A stretch of DNA of 64,000 nt from Myxococcota bacterium (GTDB taxonomy: Bacteria > Myxococcota_A > UBA9160 > PR03): contig JBDIVR010000015.1 in NCBI GenBank assembly GCA_039794265.1, positions 33,164 to 97,163 on the forward strand, in the 5' to 3' direction. Within the stretch, counting starts at the first letter, position 1. Each line of letters starts with the position of its first letter. The notes beneath the pieces were generated by a model. It did not search any database, was not told where the DNA came from, and was given only the letters and a program-made list of their open reading frames with translations. Both the position numbers and the translations under genes were made by a program. This document shows, one piece after another, positions 33,133-44,401 of the stretch.

Positions 33133-36100
33133 ATGTCCGAGACGCCCGACATCCTCGCGATCAGCCATGCGCGCCCGACCAAGACATTGCTCTTCGCGCG
33201 CTTCATCGTTCGCAACCGCTTCTGGGTCGCGATGGGGCTGATCCTCTCGACGCTGTTCTTCTTCTACCCGATCCTCAACGCGATCCTCCGGGCGTCCGGG
33301 ATCGAAGCCCTGCCGGGCCCGTCGGTGCGAGTCGACACCAGCGCGCGAGCGCAGTGGCCGGATCACCCCTTCATCCACGCACAGGACAAGTTCGCGAAGA
33401 AGTTCGGCACTTCGTCGCTCGTCGCCGTGGGTGTCGTCGTTCGCGACGGGAACATCTTCACACCGGACACGCTGGCCCGGCTGAACGAGATCACGAGACG
33501 TCTCGACGGCGTCGGCTACGACTCGCGCATCGGAGAGCGGGAGGAGCTCCGCGAACGGCTGGAAGCGTCAGGGCGGAGCGATCGGGAGATCCTGAAGGAA
33601 CTCGATCGCCAGTTCCCTCCGTATCCGGTGAACCACGATCAGATCCGTTCGCTGGCGCACTCGAGCACCCGCGCGATCCAGATCGAACCCGACGGCTCGA
33701 TCACGTCCGACGTCCTGATGAAGGAGGTCCCGACGAACGCGGAGCAGGCGGAGAAGCTGCGCGGCGTGGTGCTGCAGAATCCTCCGTTCATCTACGGACG
33801 ACTGGTGTCCTGGGACGAGAAGGGCGCCCTGGTCACGGCTGGTTTCATCACCGACCGGCTCAGTACCTCGGAAGTGTACACCGCCGTCTTCGAGCACGTG
33901 CAGAAGATCAAGGAGGAGTTCCAGGATCCCGCCTGTACGGCTGCCCAGGAGGGGAACGCCTTCACGCGGATCGGCGATTCGCTGGTTCGCCTGGTCACGA
34001 CGGCGAAGACCGAGTCGCAATGGCCGGAAGGCTGCAATCTCCAGCTCTTCGTGTCCGGCGAACCGATCCACGTGGGATGGATCATCAAGCACGCGTTCGA
34101 GATCGGATTGTTCGTCGGACTCACCGTGATCACCGTGTTCCTGTTGCTGCTCGCCTACTTCCGGCGCCTGCACGGCGTTCTGATCCCGTTCATCGCGGCC
34201 ATCGCCACGGTGATCTGGGGGGCGGGCTTCACCGGCTGGATGGACATCACCTTCGACCCACTCGTGCTGGTGATCCCGATGATCATCACGGCGCGTGCCG
34301 TGTCGCACACCGTGCAGATGGCCGAACGGTTCTTCGAGGACTACGAGATCCTCGCCCCGCAGGTCGGCGATCCCGAGGTGGCGAAGGTCGAAGCCGCGAC
34401 CATCGCGATGGCCGAGCTGATCGTCCCGGGAACGCTCGGCATCGTGACCGATACGGCCGGCCTGCTCGTGATCATGCTCACGACGATTCCGCAGATGTAC
34501 GAGCTGGCGGTCTTCGGCGCCTTCTGGGTGCTCGCGATCCTCGCGACCGTGGAGATCCTGCACCCGGTGATGATCTGCTACCTGCCGGCGCCGAAGGACC
34601 ACGACCACTTCCTGCCGAAGTTCATGATCCGTTTCACCAACTTCATCGGCTGGATGACGACGCATCCGGTCTGGAAGTACGGCGTCGCGACGGTGACCAT
34701 CGCGCTGTTCGCCGTCTCCCTCTACATGACGATGTTCCACTCGCAGATCGGGCAGGCGACGCCGGGGTCGCCGTTGCTGTGGCCGGATCACGAGTTCAAC
34801 GTCAGCACCGACGAGATCGCCAAGCGCTTCGGCGGGGTAGACTCCTTCGTGGTCTTCTCGAGCGGGGACCGCGAGAACGCCAGCGCCGATCCGCTTCCGA
34901 TCCAGCGCATGACCGAGTTCGAGCGCTGGATGGAGACGCACACGAACATGGGCGCATCGGTCTCGATCGCGCCGATCGTGCGCGGCTACTGGCGCATGAA
35001 CCACTACGGCGACCCCAAGTGGCAGTTCGTGCCGCAGCACCCGGGCACCGTGCGGACGGTGATCTTCCAGCTCCGCACGAACGGGGCACCGGGCTTCCTG
35101 CGTCCGTTCATGACCGATGACAGCCGCGACGCCAACGTCACGTTCTTCTACCCCGATCACAAGGGGACGACCATCACCAACGTCGTCGCCGCCTCGGAGC
35201 ACTTCATCAAGGAGAACCCGATGGGCGAGGTGATCGTGCGCCTCGATCGGGACAAAGCGGAACCGGATGCGGGCTTCTTCGACCGGGAATCGCTCACGGA
35301 TCTCTGGTACTACATGCTCGGGCCGATGCTGCCGACCCGCGATCACACGCTTCGCGTCCAGGTCCGAGAGAACGGGGCCTACGCGAATCTCCCGGTCAAC
35401 CACGTCGACAAGGACGGCCTGCCCGCGTGGTGGGAAGAGTTCCGCGACGGCTCCATCGAGAACTACGAGACAGAGCGGGACAGCGTCGAAGAGGGCGACT
35501 TCTTCTCGTGGCCCGACAGTCTCGCGGATTGGTCGGAGCGAGACGTCAGCTGGTGGTGGGAGAGCCAGGAACACGGCATCCGCGCGATCGCGGTCGGCAC
35601 CAACGACCTGATCGTGCAGGATACCAAGGCCGTGGACTCGATCCCCACCTACCAGCCGACGAACTCGTGGACGCGGGGCGTCCAGTTCGTGATGGCAGGT
35701 GGCATCATGGGCATCCTGGCCGCGATCAACGATGAAGTCGAGCGCAGCCACATGGCGAACATCACGCTGCTGCTGTTCGTGATCTTCGTGCTGCACTCCG
35801 TCACCTACAAGTCGATCCCGAGCGGATTCATCATCCTGCTGCAGCTGTCGACGGCGACGCTGCTCTCGCTGGCCTACATGGCGGCCAAGGGCGTGGGCCT
35901 CAACATCAACACGCTGCCGGTTCAGGCGGTGGGCGTCGGCATCGGGGTCGACTATGCGATCTACATCGTGGACCGCATCCGGCAGGAGGTCGTCGATACC
36001 GAGGACATCGACGAAGCGGTGCGCCGCGCGATCCGCACCACGGGCATGGCGGTGACCTTCACGGCCACCACCATCGTCGGCGGCATCTTCCTGTGGTCGT

Positions 36101-36312
36101 TCTCGAACCTGCGCTTCCAGGCCGAGATGGCGCAGCTGCTGGTAATCCTGATGGTCATCAACATGCTGGGCGCCATCACCGTCGTGCCGGCGTTCTACTC
36201 GATCCTGCGGCCGAAGGTGGCGACGGCGCTGCTCAGCGAGGAACAGCGCGTGCTGCTCGATGCGCAGAAGGAACGCGAGCGGAAGCTCGGGTTGCGGGAA
36301 GAGGATCAGTAG
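33133..36312 (+). CDS. RND-superfamily transporter of the MMPL/HpnN-like (COG1033) type
   Basis: 1059 aa, with the SD GGGAG. There are two 5-6 TM bundles, each ending in family-like segments (...GTLGIVTDTAGLLVIMLTTIPQMYELAVFGAFWVLA... and ...TGMAVTFTATTIVGGIFLWSFS...LLVILMVINMLGAITVVPAFYSIL). Large soluble loops separate them. Confidence 0.85.
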   Translation: MSETPDILAISHARPTKTLLFARFIVRNRFWVAMGLILSTLFFFYPILNAILRASGIEALPGPSVRVDTSARAQWPDHPFIHAQDKFAKKFGTSSLVAVGVVVRDGNIFTPDTLARLNEITRRLDGVGYDSRIGEREELRERLEASGRSDREILKELDRQFPPYPVNHDQIRSLAHSSTRAIQIEPDGSITSDVLMKEVPTNAEQAEKLRGVVLQNPPFIYGRLVSWDEKGALVTAGFITDRLSTSEVYTAVFEHVQKIKEEFQDPACTAAQEGNAFTRIGDSLVRLVTTAKTESQWPEGCNLQLFVSGEPIHVGWIIKHAFEIGLFVGLTVITVFLLLLAYFRRLHGVLIPFIAAIATVIWGAGFTGWMDITFDPLVLVIPMIITARAVSHTVQMAERFFEDYEILAPQVGDPEVAKVEAATIAMAELIVPGTLGIVTDTAGLLVIMLTTIPQMYELAVFGAFWVLAILATVEILHPVMICYLPAPKDHDHFLPKFMIRFTNFIGWMTTHPVWKYGVATVTIALFAVSLYMTMFHSQIGQATPGSPLLWPDHEFNVSTDEIAKRFGGVDSFVVFSSGDRENASADPLPIQRMTEFERWMETHTNMGASVSIAPIVRGYWRMNHYGDPKWQFVPQHPGTVRTVIFQLRTNGAPGFLRPFMTDDSRDANVTFFYPDHKGTTITNVVAASEHFIKENPMGEVIVRLDRDKAEPDAGFFDRESLTDLWYYMLGPMLPTRDHTLRVQVRENGAYANLPVNHVDKDGLPAWWEEFRDGSIENYETERDSVEEGDFFSWPDSLADWSERDVSWWWESQEHGIRAIAVGTNDLIVQDTKAVDSIPTYQPTNSWTRGVQFVMAGGIMGILAAINDEVERSHMANITLLLFVIFVLHSVTYKSIPSGFIILLQLSTATLLSLAYMAAKGVGLNINTLPVQAVGVGIGVDYAIYIVDRIRQEVVDTEDIDEAVRRAIRTTGMAVTFTATTIVGGIFLWSFSNLRFQAEMAQLLVILMVINMLGAITVVPAFYSILRPKVATALLSEEQRVLLDAQKERERKLGLREEDQ

Positions 36313-36315
36313 GCG

Positions 36316-36354
36316 CGCGGGGCGGGGTCGGGCCCGGTCGGGCCCTGCCCCGCG
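36316..36354. terminator. GC-rich hairpin between convergent RND and ppsR genes
   Basis: CGCGGGGC (36316-36323) pairs with GCCCCGCG (36347-36354), with further inner pairing. There is no U-tract. Confidence 0.3.
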
Positions 36355-36384
36355 TCGCGTCCGCAGCGGGTCGCGATCCCGCGA

Positions 36385-37275
36385 TCAATCCACGCCGATC
36401 GCCCAGCCTCCGTGGTGCAGCTCGAGGATGCGCGACGCCGTTTCCTCGACGGCGCGGCCGGTGATATCGATCACCCGCCAGCCCCGTTGCAGGAACAGGC
36501 GCCGAGCCGCCGTGAGTTCCCGCTCGACGGTCTCCGGCTCCGCGTAACCGATCGAGATCTTGGTCCCGAGCCCGCGCACGCGGGCGCGCCGGATCGTGAC
36601 CAGCCGCTCGGCGTCCGCGAGCAGGCCATAGACCTTGCGATGGGCGATCTCGAGCAACTCGCGAGGGGGTTCGATCCCCGGCACGAGTGGCACGTTGCCG
36701 GCCTTGAGCCCGCGTTGGGCCAGGTACATCGAAAGAGGCGTCTTCGAGGTCCGCGACGGACCGACGAGCACGATGTCGGCCTGATGCAGCGTGTGCAGGT
36801 TGGCCCCGTCGTCGTGGCGCACGGCGAACTCCACGGCCTCGATCCGCCGGAAGTACTCGTCGGAGAAGCCGTGCAGTAGACCGGGCTCGAGACGCGGCTC
36901 GAGGTGCAGATGCTCGGCGATGTTCGCGATCAGTGGACCCAGCAGGTCCACGGTGGGCACGCCGTGGCCGGCGCCGTGGTCGCGCAGCGCCTGGGCCGCC
37001 GCCCTGTTGACCAGCGTGAAGACCACGAGCGCATTCGTCGCAGCCGCCTCCTGGACCACGGCCCGCGCCTGGGCGGCGCTGCGCACGTCGGGAAACTTGC
37101 GCATCCGCCAGCGGCTGTGGAACTGGAGCATCGCCGCCCGAACGGTGTCGGCGGCGGTGTCGCCGGTTCCGTCCGACACGACGAAGATCTCCGCCCAGGA
37201 CTCGCCGGATACGGGGGCCTTCCGCGGCAGCTGCTGCGCCTGGGGCGGTCGATCCGAGTTCGATTTCTCGCTCAC
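36385..37275 (-). CDS. ppsR: pyruvate,phosphate dikinase / PEP synthase regulatory protein (DUF299 kinase-phosphotransferase)
   Basis: I chose the GTG at 37275. Motifs present are [12 protein letters not shown] and the P-loop [17 protein letters not shown]. The upstream 126 codons of the track ORF are not protein-like. Confidence 0.85.
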   Translation of the reverse strand: MSEKSNSDRPPQAQQLPRKAPVSGESWAEIFVVSDGTGDTAADTVRAAMLQFHSRWRMRKFPDVRSAAQARAVVQEAAATNALVVFTLVNRAAAQALRDHGAGHGVPTVDLLGPLIANIAEHLHLEPRLEPGLLHGFSDEYFRRIEAVEFAVRHDDGANLHTLHQADIVLVGPSRTSKTPLSMYLAQRGLKAGNVPLVPGIEPPRELLEIAHRKVYGLLADAERLVTIRRARVRGLGTKISIGYAEPETVERELTAARRLFLQRGWRVIDITGRAVEETASRILELHHGGWAIGVD

Positions 37276-37334
37276 GCGCGCAGCGTAGCTCCGACGCGCG
37301 GCGGGGGGAACGCGGGGCGCTATCGTGTTCGGCC

Positions 37335-39962
37335 ATGCCGTACGATCCGCAGCTCCTCGAGGCCCGCTGGCAGGCGACGTGGCGGGAACGCGGCACGTTC
37401 CGGGCGGAGCTCGACCCGGCGAAGCCCAAATACTACGTGCTCGACATGTTCCCGTACCCGTCCGGCGCCGGGCTGCACGTCGGACATCCGAAGGGATACA
37501 TTGCCACCGACATCGTCGCCCGGTACAAGCGGATGCGCGGCTACAACGTCCTGCATCCGATGGGATGGGACGCGTTCGGCCTGCCGGCCGAGCAGTACGC
37601 CGTCGAGACCGGCGTCCATCCGCGCGAGACGACGCGGCGCAACATCGAGACATTCCGGCGCCAGATCGAGTCGCTCGGGCTCTCGTACGACTGGTCCCGC
37701 GAGATCGACACGACGGATCCCGGCTACTACCGCTGGACCCAGTGGATCTTCCAGCGGCTCTTCGAGAAGGACCTCGCCTATCAGGCGGAGGTGCCGGTGA
37801 ACTGGTGCCCGGCGCTCGGCACCGTCCTCGCCAACGAGGAGGTGATCGACGGCAAGAGCGAGCGCGGCGGCCACCCGGTCGTCCGGATGCCGATGAAGCA
37901 GTGGATGCTGCGGATCACCGCCTATGCGGATCGGCTGCTCGGGGATCTCGACGAGCTGGACTGGCCCGAGCCGATCAAGAAGATGCAGCGCGACTGGATC
38001 GGCCGCAGCGAAGGCGCCGAACTGCGCTTCCCGGTCGCAGACCACGAGCGCGTCGCGATCGACGTATTCACGACGCGGCCGGACACGCTGTTCGGCGCCA
38101 CCTACATGGTGCTGGCGCCCGAGCACCCGCTGGTCGAACGCATCACGACCGCGGGCCAGCGCGCCGCCGTCACACAGTACGTGGAGGCCACGCGCCGCCG
38201 CAGCGAGCGGGCGCGCATGGCCGACGGGCGGAGCAAGACGGGCGTCGCCACCGGCGCGTTCGCGATCCACCCCACCACCGGCGCGCGCATCCCGATCTGG
38301 ATCGCGGACTACGTGCTGGCCGGCTACGGAACCGGCGCGATCATGGCCGTCCCGGGCCACGACCAGCGGGACTTCGAGTTCGCGCAGAGCTTCGGCCTTC
38401 CGATCGTCCGGGTCGTCGACGTCGCCGGGCAGGAGCTCCCGTCGACGGGCGACGGCACGAGCGTGAACTCGGGCTTCCTCGACGGACTCCCGACGGCGGA
38501 GGCCAAACGGAAGATGATCGCGTGGCTCGAAGCCGAAGGGCACGGCCGCGGCCGCGTCACCTACAAGCTGCGCGATTGGCTGTTCAGCCGGCAGCGCTAC
38601 TGGGGTGAACCATTCCCGGTGCTGCACCTCGACGACGGCAGCGTGAAGCTCGTGCCGGATCGCGAGCTGCCGGTCCTGCTGCCGGAACTCGACGACTTCC
38701 GCCCGTCCGGCGATCAGCGAACGCCGCTCGAGCGCGTTCCCGCGTGGATCGAGACCACCGATCCGGACACCGGCCGGCCGGCGCGTCGCGATCGCAATAC
38801 GATGCCGCAGTGGGCGGGCAGCTGTTGGTACTTCCTGCGCTTCGTCGACCCGCACAACGAGACGGAGCCGTGGTCGAAGGAGAGCGAGCGGTACTGGATG
38901 CCGGTCGATCTCTACGTCGGCGGGGCGGAACATGCCGTCCTGCACCTGCTCTACGCGCGCTTCTGGCACAAGGTCCTGTACGACCTGGATCTCGTCTCCA
39001 CGAAGGAGCCGTTCCGCAAGCTCGTCAACCAGGGCATGATCCTCGGCTCGAGCTGGCGCTACTACGACGACAACGTGAGCGACGATCCGCAGGCCGAGGC
39101 GCAGAGCTACTCGTTCCAGGAGGTGCGCCAGGACGGCGAGCGCACCATCGCGGCAGCGGATGGGCGAGAGCTGAAGGCCCGCTGGGTGGCCCCCGACCAG
39201 GTCCGCCTGGCCGACGGCCGCGCGCTGCATCCCACGCTCGACGTCGAGCTCGAGGAAGTCGTCGAGAAGATGTCGAAGAGCCGCGGCAACGTGGTGAACC
39301 CGGACACCGTCGTCGCCCAGTATGGCGCCGACTCGATGCGCCTCTACGAGATGTTCCTGGGTCCGCTCGACAAGGAGGCACCCTGGACGACCGAGGGCAT
39401 CCACGGCGTGCACCGCTTCCTGCAGCGCGTCTGGCGGCATTTCGTCGACGACGACGCGCCGGGAGAACCCGCGCGCCCGCTGCCGAGCGGGCGCGGAGCG
39501 GAGGCCCAGGAGCGCCTGCTTGCCGAGACGATCCACGGCGTCACGGAGGATCTGGAGGCACTGCGCTTCAACACGGCCATCGCCAAGCTGATGGTCTTCG
39601 TCCGCGACGCCGCGAAGGATGGGCCGCTTCCGCGCGCGACCGGCGAGGCATTCCTGAAGCTGCTCGCCCCGCTCGCCCCGCATCTGGCCGAGGAGCTGTG
39701 GCAGAAACTCGGCCACGCCGACTCGATCGCCCACGCGGCGTGGCCCGTTGCGGACGCGGCGCTGCTCGAGGCGCAGACGGTGACGCTCGCCGTGCAGATC
39801 AACGGCAAGCGGCGCGACGAGATCCAGGTGCCCGCCGGCGCGGACGAAGCCGCCGTGCGCACGGCCGCGCTGGCCGCGGAGAACGTCCAGCGCCATCTCG
39901 CCGGCAAGACGCCCCGGAAGGTCATCGTAGTGCCGGGGCGACTCGTGAATCTGGTGCTGTAG
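37335..39962 (+). CDS. leuS: leucine--tRNA ligase
   Basis: 875 aa. It has the HIGH motif ([10 protein letters not shown]), the KMSKS motif (KMSKSRGN) and a CP1 editing domain. Confidence 0.95.
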   Translation: MPYDPQLLEARWQATWRERGTFRAELDPAKPKYYVLDMFPYPSGAGLHVGHPKGYIATDIVARYKRMRGYNVLHPMGWDAFGLPAEQYAVETGVHPRETTRRNIETFRRQIESLGLSYDWSREIDTTDPGYYRWTQWIFQRLFEKDLAYQAEVPVNWCPALGTVLANEEVIDGKSERGGHPVVRMPMKQWMLRITAYADRLLGDLDELDWPEPIKKMQRDWIGRSEGAELRFPVADHERVAIDVFTTRPDTLFGATYMVLAPEHPLVERITTAGQRAAVTQYVEATRRRSERARMADGRSKTGVATGAFAIHPTTGARIPIWIADYVLAGYGTGAIMAVPGHDQRDFEFAQSFGLPIVRVVDVAGQELPSTGDGTSVNSGFLDGLPTAEAKRKMIAWLEAEGHGRGRVTYKLRDWLFSRQRYWGEPFPVLHLDDGSVKLVPDRELPVLLPELDDFRPSGDQRTPLERVPAWIETTDPDTGRPARRDRNTMPQWAGSCWYFLRFVDPHNETEPWSKESERYWMPVDLYVGGAEHAVLHLLYARFWHKVLYDLDLVSTKEPFRKLVNQGMILGSSWRYYDDNVSDDPQAEAQSYSFQEVRQDGERTIAAADGRELKARWVAPDQVRLADGRALHPTLDVELEEVVEKMSKSRGNVVNPDTVVAQYGADSMRLYEMFLGPLDKEAPWTTEGIHGVHRFLQRVWRHFVDDDAPGEPARPLPSGRGAEAQERLLAETIHGVTEDLEALRFNTAIAKLMVFVRDAAKDGPLPRATGEAFLKLLAPLAPHLAEELWQKLGHADSIAHAAWPVADAALLEAQTVTLAVQINGKRRDEIQVPAGADEAAVRTAALAAENVQRHLAGKTPRKVIVVPGRLVNLVL

Positions 39963-39980
39963 GCGGGATTGTGATCCGGG

Positions 39981-40235
39981 TCAGCGCGAGGATTCCTGGA
40001 CGCGAGGCGCCGGCCCGCTGGCCGCGATCTCCCGTGCGCGCCGGCGCAGGTACCAGACCAGGCTTCCGATCAGCGCCAGCGGCAGCAGTGAGAGCAGCGC
40101 CGTCCCCTTCAGCATCGCCAGGCTGAACGCCGCGTCGTCCTGACCGGTGCAGACGGCGCAGGCCCACGCCGCACGCGGCAATGCGACGAAGAGTCCGCAG
40201 ACCAGCGCCGTCCAGGCCGCACGCAAGGCCATCAT
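39981..40235 (-). CDS. small membrane protein with periplasmic CxxC, last gene of the oxidase operon
   Basis: 84 aa: MMALRAAWTALVCGLFVALPRAAWACAVCTGQDD...LLSLLPLALIGSLVWYL. Its start forms an ATGA overlap with the stop of the upstream subunit-III-like gene. Confidence 0.55.
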   Translation of the reverse strand: MMALRAAWTALVCGLFVALPRAAWACAVCTGQDDAAFSLAMLKGTALLSLLPLALIGSLVWYLRRRAREIAASGPAPRVQESSR

Positions 40236-40822
40236 CGGTAGACCACCAGCCACAGCACCGGCCAGATCCCGGCGACGAAGTACCAGAACACCTCTGCCGT
40301 CCCGAGCTGGCTGGACGCGAGCCAACCGCGCTGCAAGCGCACCCATGTGAGGATCAGCACGGCGAGCGCCGCGAGAGCGTGGAGGCCGTGGAAGCCGACG
40401 ATCAGGTAGAAGAAGCTCCCGAGGGTGCTGGACGTCAGGGTCAGGCCCTGGCTCAGCATCGCGACCCACTCGGCGCCCTGGAAGCCGACGAAGCAGGCGC
40501 CGAGCACCACGGCGATCCCGAGCGGCGCGCGCGCCGTGCGTCGGTCCCGGTCGAAGCGCCGGCGCGCCCAGTACAGCGCCGCTGCGGACGCGAGCAACGC
40601 GGCGGTGTTGAGGGCAGTCGCCTCGAAGGGAAGCCGCGGCTGTCCGGGCGGCGGCCACACGATCGCGGAGCTGCGGATGATCGTGAACGCGCTGATCAGG
40701 CCGGCGAAGAGCATCGCCTCGGTGACGACGAAGATCAGCATGCCCATCACCCCGTTCGGGATCAGCGGCTCCGTCCTCTGGGCGGCGACGACGCGGAACC
40801 GGCCGTAGCCGGGGAAACTCAT
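40232..40822 (-). CDS. haem-copper oxidase subunit III family protein (second copy)
   Basis: 196 aa with 5 TM segments. Family-like segments are MLIFVVTEAMLFAGLISAF, FQGAEW, FFYLIVGFHGLHAL and EVFWYFVAGIW. Confidence 0.8.
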   Translation of the reverse strand: MSFPGYGRFRVVAAQRTEPLIPNGVMGMLIFVVTEAMLFAGLISAFTIIRSSAIVWPPPGQPRLPFEATALNTAALLASAAALYWARRRFDRDRRTARAPLGIAVVLGACFVGFQGAEWVAMLSQGLTLTSSTLGSFFYLIVGFHGLHALAALAVLILTWVRLQRGWLASSQLGTAEVFWYFVAGIWPVLWLVVYR

Positions 40823-40837
40823 GATCCCGCCTCCGGC

Positions 40838-41221
40838 CTAGTGATGGGGTTCCCCGCGCTCGCCGGCCTGGAACGCGCGATTCGCCTCGATCCACGACGG
40901 CTTCTCCCAGCGGGTTCCCTCGAGCCGCATCACGTCGGGCGCGCTGCCTGCGAAGAACAGCAGCATGAAAAGCAGGCCCGTCGCGACCAGGTACCCCACG
41001 TAGCGCGGCGCCACCGGGAGGTGCATGAAGTGCTTGACGACCAGGTAGGCCTTCACGACCGCGACGCCGAACGCCGTGATCAGCGTAACGACGGGCATCT
41101 CGAGCTCCGGACCCAGGATGCTGATCACCAGGAGGACGAGCAGGATCGCCCAGATCTTCACGTAGTTCCCGTGGTGGGCGTGGTCCCCGTGGTCGGCCGC
41201 CTCGTGCGCGTGTTCGCTCAT
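40838..41221 (-). CDS. cytochrome c oxidase subunit IV (prokaryotic COX4 family)
   Basis: 127 aa. The His-rich N-terminus is followed by YVKIWAILLVLLVISILG...VAVVKAYLVVKHFMHL, which is typical of the family. Confidence 0.75.
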   Translation of the reverse strand: MSEHAHEAADHGDHAHHGNYVKIWAILLVLLVISILGPELEMPVVTLITAFGVAVVKAYLVVKHFMHLPVAPRYVGYLVATGLLFMLLFFAGSAPDVMRLEGTRWEKPSWIEANRAFQAGERGEPHH

Positions 41222-41228
41222 GATGACC

Positions 41229-41804
41229 TCACTTCGCGATGTAGAGCAGCGGAAAGAGGAAGATCCAGACCACGTCGACGAAGTGCCAGTAGAGCCCGAT
41301 CAGCTCCACGCGGTGGAGCTCCAGGTTCTTCCGGGCCGATGCCGCCACGATCAGCATGATGACGACGCCGGCCAGCACGTGCAGCGCGTGCAGACCCGCC
41401 GCCGTGTAGTAGAACGACCAGAACGTGTGCGCGCTGATCGTGAAGCCGTGCGAGATCTCCATGCTCCACTCGAACGCCTTGACCGTCAGGAAGATCAGGC
41501 CGCCGGCGGAAGTCAGGTAGAGCATCCGCGCGGCCTTGCGTCCGTCGCCGGCGTCGGCTGCCTTGTGGCCGAGGACCGCGAACAGGCTCGACGTCAGCAG
41601 CACGAAGGTGTTGAATGCGCCGATCCACATGTTGGTGTACGCCGCCTGCTCGGCGAAGGCGTCGTGCGCGAGCCGGTGCATGATGTAGGAGCCCAGCAGG
41701 CCGCCGAAGATGACGATCTCCGAGACGATCACCCACCAGACGGCGAGGCGTCCGGTGGGCATCCCCGCAGCGGTACGGGTCGTGGCAATCGGTCGGGCGG
41801 ACAT
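41229..41804 (-). CDS. ctaE: cytochrome c oxidase subunit III
   Basis: 191 aa. Motifs present are WWVIVSEIVIFGGL, TFWSFYYTAAGLHALHV and LYWHFVDVVWIFLFPLLY. Confidence 0.9.
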   Translation of the reverse strand: MSARPIATTRTAAGMPTGRLAVWWVIVSEIVIFGGLLGSYIMHRLAHDAFAEQAAYTNMWIGAFNTFVLLTSSLFAVLGHKAADAGDGRKAARMLYLTSAGGLIFLTVKAFEWSMEISHGFTISAHTFWSFYYTAAGLHALHVLAGVVIMLIVAASARKNLELHRVELIGLYWHFVDVVWIFLFPLLYIAK

Positions 41805-41852
41805 CCGCGTTCCTCTCGGCTCGAATCGGTGGATACGGCTAGGAGCCTCGGA

Positions 41853-43568
41853 TCAGTTCGGCTCGTTCTGCGGCCAGAAGTCCTGCTCGCGGCCCGGCAC
41901 GCTGTACTCGTACGGGCCGCGATACACCGTTGGCAGCTGCTTCCAGTTGCCGTGCGGCGGCGGCGACTCCGCCGTCCACTCGAGCGTATTCGACTGCCAG
42001 GGGTTCTTCCCGGCCTTCTGACCGCGCCGCAAGCTCCAGAAGAAGTTGAACAGGAACACGGCCTGGAACGCCAGCATGATCACGAGCGACACGGTGGCAA
42101 GTTTGTCGAGGTTGCGCAGCGGCGCTGCGGCGAGCTCCGGGAACTGCGTGAAGTCCCAGATCCGCCGATGCTCCCCGGCAGCGCCGAGCACGAACAGCGG
42201 GATGAAGATCAGGTTGAACGGGATCACCGTTCCCCAGAAATGGATCTTGCCGAGCGTCTCGTTCAGCATGCGCCCGAACATCTTCGGGTACCAGAAGCTG
42301 ACGCCGGCGAAGGTGCCGATGATCGCGATCGGGAAGAAGGTGTAGTGGAAATGGGCCAGCACGAAGTAGGTATCGTGCAGGTAGATATCCGCTCCGCTGG
42401 CGCCGAGGAAGATGCCCGTGACGCCGCCGATCAGGAACTCGGCGATGAAGGCGAGCGCCCACAGCATCGGCGTCGACAGCGTGATCGAGCCGCCGTAGAG
42501 CGTCGCGATGTAGACGAACATCATCTCCGCGATGGGCACCGAGATCAGCAGCGTCGTGATCGTGAAGACGTTGGCCATGCGCGGATCGATGCCGGCGATG
42601 AACTGGTGGTGCGCCCAGACGGTGAAGGAGAGGACGCCGGTGCCGAAGGCCGTGTAGAGGACGGTCTTGTAGGCGAAGAGCTTCTTGCGCGCGAAGACCG
42701 TGATGATCTCGGCGACGATGCCGACGGCCGGCAGCAGCACCACGTAGACCTCCGGATGCCCGAAGAACCAGAACAGGTGCTGCCAGAGAATCGGGTCGCC
42801 GCCGCGCTGCGGGTCGAAGAACGCCGTGCCGAGGTTGTGGTCGAAGAGCAGCATGACGGCGCCGGCGATCAGCGGGCCGACGGAGGCCATGAAGAGGATG
42901 CTCGCAATGACGATCATCCAGACCACCATCGGAATGTCGTACATCTTCATGCCCGGCGCGCGGCTGTTCATCGCGGTCGTGACGAAGTTGATGCCGCCGA
43001 TCAGGAAGGCGACGAACTCGAGTCCGACGGCGCCGATGAAGAGCGTGGTGCCGAGCGGCGTCTGGTTGTATTCGCTGTTGGCGGACAGGGGTGGATACAT
43101 CGTCCACGCGCCACCGAAGGCGCCGCCCTCGACGAAGAACGATGCCAGCAGAATCAGCGCGCTCAGCAGGAAGATCTGGTACGACAGCCGATTGAGCTTC
43201 GGGAACACCATGTCGTCCGCGCCGATCATCAGCGGAATCAGGAAGTTCCCGAACGCAGCGATCAACACCGGCATCGCGACCCAGAAGATCATGATCGCGC
43301 CGTGGTTGGTGATCAGCGCGTTGTACTCGTGCGGCGAGACGATGCCGAAGAGCGGGACCTCGATCCCAGGGAAGGCGAGCTGCATCCGGAACACGTAGGC
43401 GAAGAAGCCGCCGAGCAGGGCCATCGCCATGCCGGTGAACATGTACTGCATCGCGATCATCTTGTGGTCGGTGGACCACAGGTACTTCTGGACGAAGCCG
43501 GGTTCGGCGTGATGCTCGTGATCGTCCGCGTGCGCGTGCGAATGGTCTACCGGGATCGACTCGGCCAT
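41853..43568 (-). CDS. ctaD: cytochrome c oxidase subunit I (A-type haem-copper oxidase)
   Basis: 571 aa. Motifs present are STDHKMIAMQY, WFFGHPEVYVVLLP and HFHYTF. Confidence 0.95.
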   Translation of the reverse strand: MAESIPVDHSHAHADDHEHHAEPGFVQKYLWSTDHKMIAMQYMFTGMAMALLGGFFAYVFRMQLAFPGIEVPLFGIVSPHEYNALITNHGAIMIFWVAMPVLIAAFGNFLIPLMIGADDMVFPKLNRLSYQIFLLSALILLASFFVEGGAFGGAWTMYPPLSANSEYNQTPLGTTLFIGAVGLEFVAFLIGGINFVTTAMNSRAPGMKMYDIPMVVWMIVIASILFMASVGPLIAGAVMLLFDHNLGTAFFDPQRGGDPILWQHLFWFFGHPEVYVVLLPAVGIVAEIITVFARKKLFAYKTVLYTAFGTGVLSFTVWAHHQFIAGIDPRMANVFTITTLLISVPIAEMMFVYIATLYGGSITLSTPMLWALAFIAEFLIGGVTGIFLGASGADIYLHDTYFVLAHFHYTFFPIAIIGTFAGVSFWYPKMFGRMLNETLGKIHFWGTVIPFNLIFIPLFVLGAAGEHRRIWDFTQFPELAAAPLRNLDKLATVSLVIMLAFQAVFLFNFFWSLRRGQKAGKNPWQSNTLEWTAESPPPHGNWKQLPTVYRGPYEYSVPGREQDFWPQNEPN

Positions 43569-43586
43569 GGGTCTTCCTCGCCTCCG

Positions 43587-44285
43587 CTAACGGCCCGTGA
43601 CCGCGGCAACGGAGAACTCCCCTTGCTCCGCCATCCAGGATGCGTGCTGCTCGGGGGTCTCGATGTGGATGCGCGCCGGCATCAGCCCGTGGCCGACACC
43701 GCAGATCTCGGTGCACTGGACGTCGTGCTCACCGGTCCGCGTGGGCTGGAACCAGCCGGTGATCACGCGGCCGGGGATGGCGTCCTGCTTGAGCCGGAAC
43801 ACCGGCACCGAGAAGCTGTGCAGCACGTCCTTCGAGGTGAGCTGGAAGTGGTAGAGCTTGTCCACCTCCACGTGCAGCTCGTTCACCTTCGTGATGTCGT
43901 CGGGAGTGTCGAGCTTTCCGTCCGGGCCCGGGTGCACGAACGTCCAGGCCCACTGCTGCGCGACGACCCGGATCGTCTGCTGATCCGGCGCCGTGGGCAA
44001 GGACTGTTTGACGTCGTACCAGACGCGAACGGCGAAGAAGATGATGAACACGTCGCAGACGAGCACCAGCAGATGGGGAATCGTGATGAAGCGCTTCTCG
44101 CTCTTCAGCTCGCCGGTGATGTACTGGCCCTTCTGCCCGTCCCGCTTGCGGAAGCGCGCGATCAGCCAGAAGAACAGGACCTCCGAGACCACCAGCCAGA
44201 AGCCGACCAGCCAGAAGATCAGCGAGAACACGAAGTCGATGTCGCTGGCGAACGTGGAGGACGCGGGGAGGAATCGTTCGATCAT
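43587..44285 (-). CDS. ctaC: cytochrome c oxidase subunit II (CuA, no fused cytochrome c)
   Basis: 232 aa with two N-terminal TM segments. The CuA site is DVLHSFSVP...CTEICGVGHGLM. Confidence 0.9.
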   Translation of the reverse strand: MIERFLPASSTFASDIDFVFSLIFWLVGFWLVVSEVLFFWLIARFRKRDGQKGQYITGELKSEKRFITIPHLLVLVCDVFIIFFAVRVWYDVKQSLPTAPDQQTIRVVAQQWAWTFVHPGPDGKLDTPDDITKVNELHVEVDKLYHFQLTSKDVLHSFSVPVFRLKQDAIPGRVITGWFQPTRTGEHDVQCTEICGVGHGLMPARIHIETPEQHASWMAEQGEFSVAAVTGR

Positions 44286-44295
44286 GCGCTTCGCC

Positions 44296-44400
44296 TCAGA
44301 GAATGAAGAGGAACACGACGGCGATGAAGCCGCCGACGCCTGCGATCGTGATCAGGAAGGTCCGCCAGGCGAGATCTTCCGGCGCGTACTCCTTGGCCAT
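44296..44400 (-). CDS. 34-aa single-TM micro-protein between the cytochrome c and coxB genes (not in the ORF track)
   Basis: My own translation is MAKEYAPEDLAWRTFLITIAGVGGFIAVVFLFIL*. The ATG is 1 nt after the stop of the dihaem cytochrome gene, GGAG lies 5 nt upstream, and the ORF ends 10 nt before coxB. Confidence 0.45.
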   Translation of the reverse strand: MAKEYAPEDLAWRTFLITIAGVGGFIAVVFLFIL

Positions 44401-44401
44401 G

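Noticed and set aside
41220-44306. 1028-aa plus-strand ORF across the oxidase operon
   Set aside because: It is antisense to coxC, coxA and coxB, all of which have unmistakable motifs. The product is a charged low-complexity sequence.
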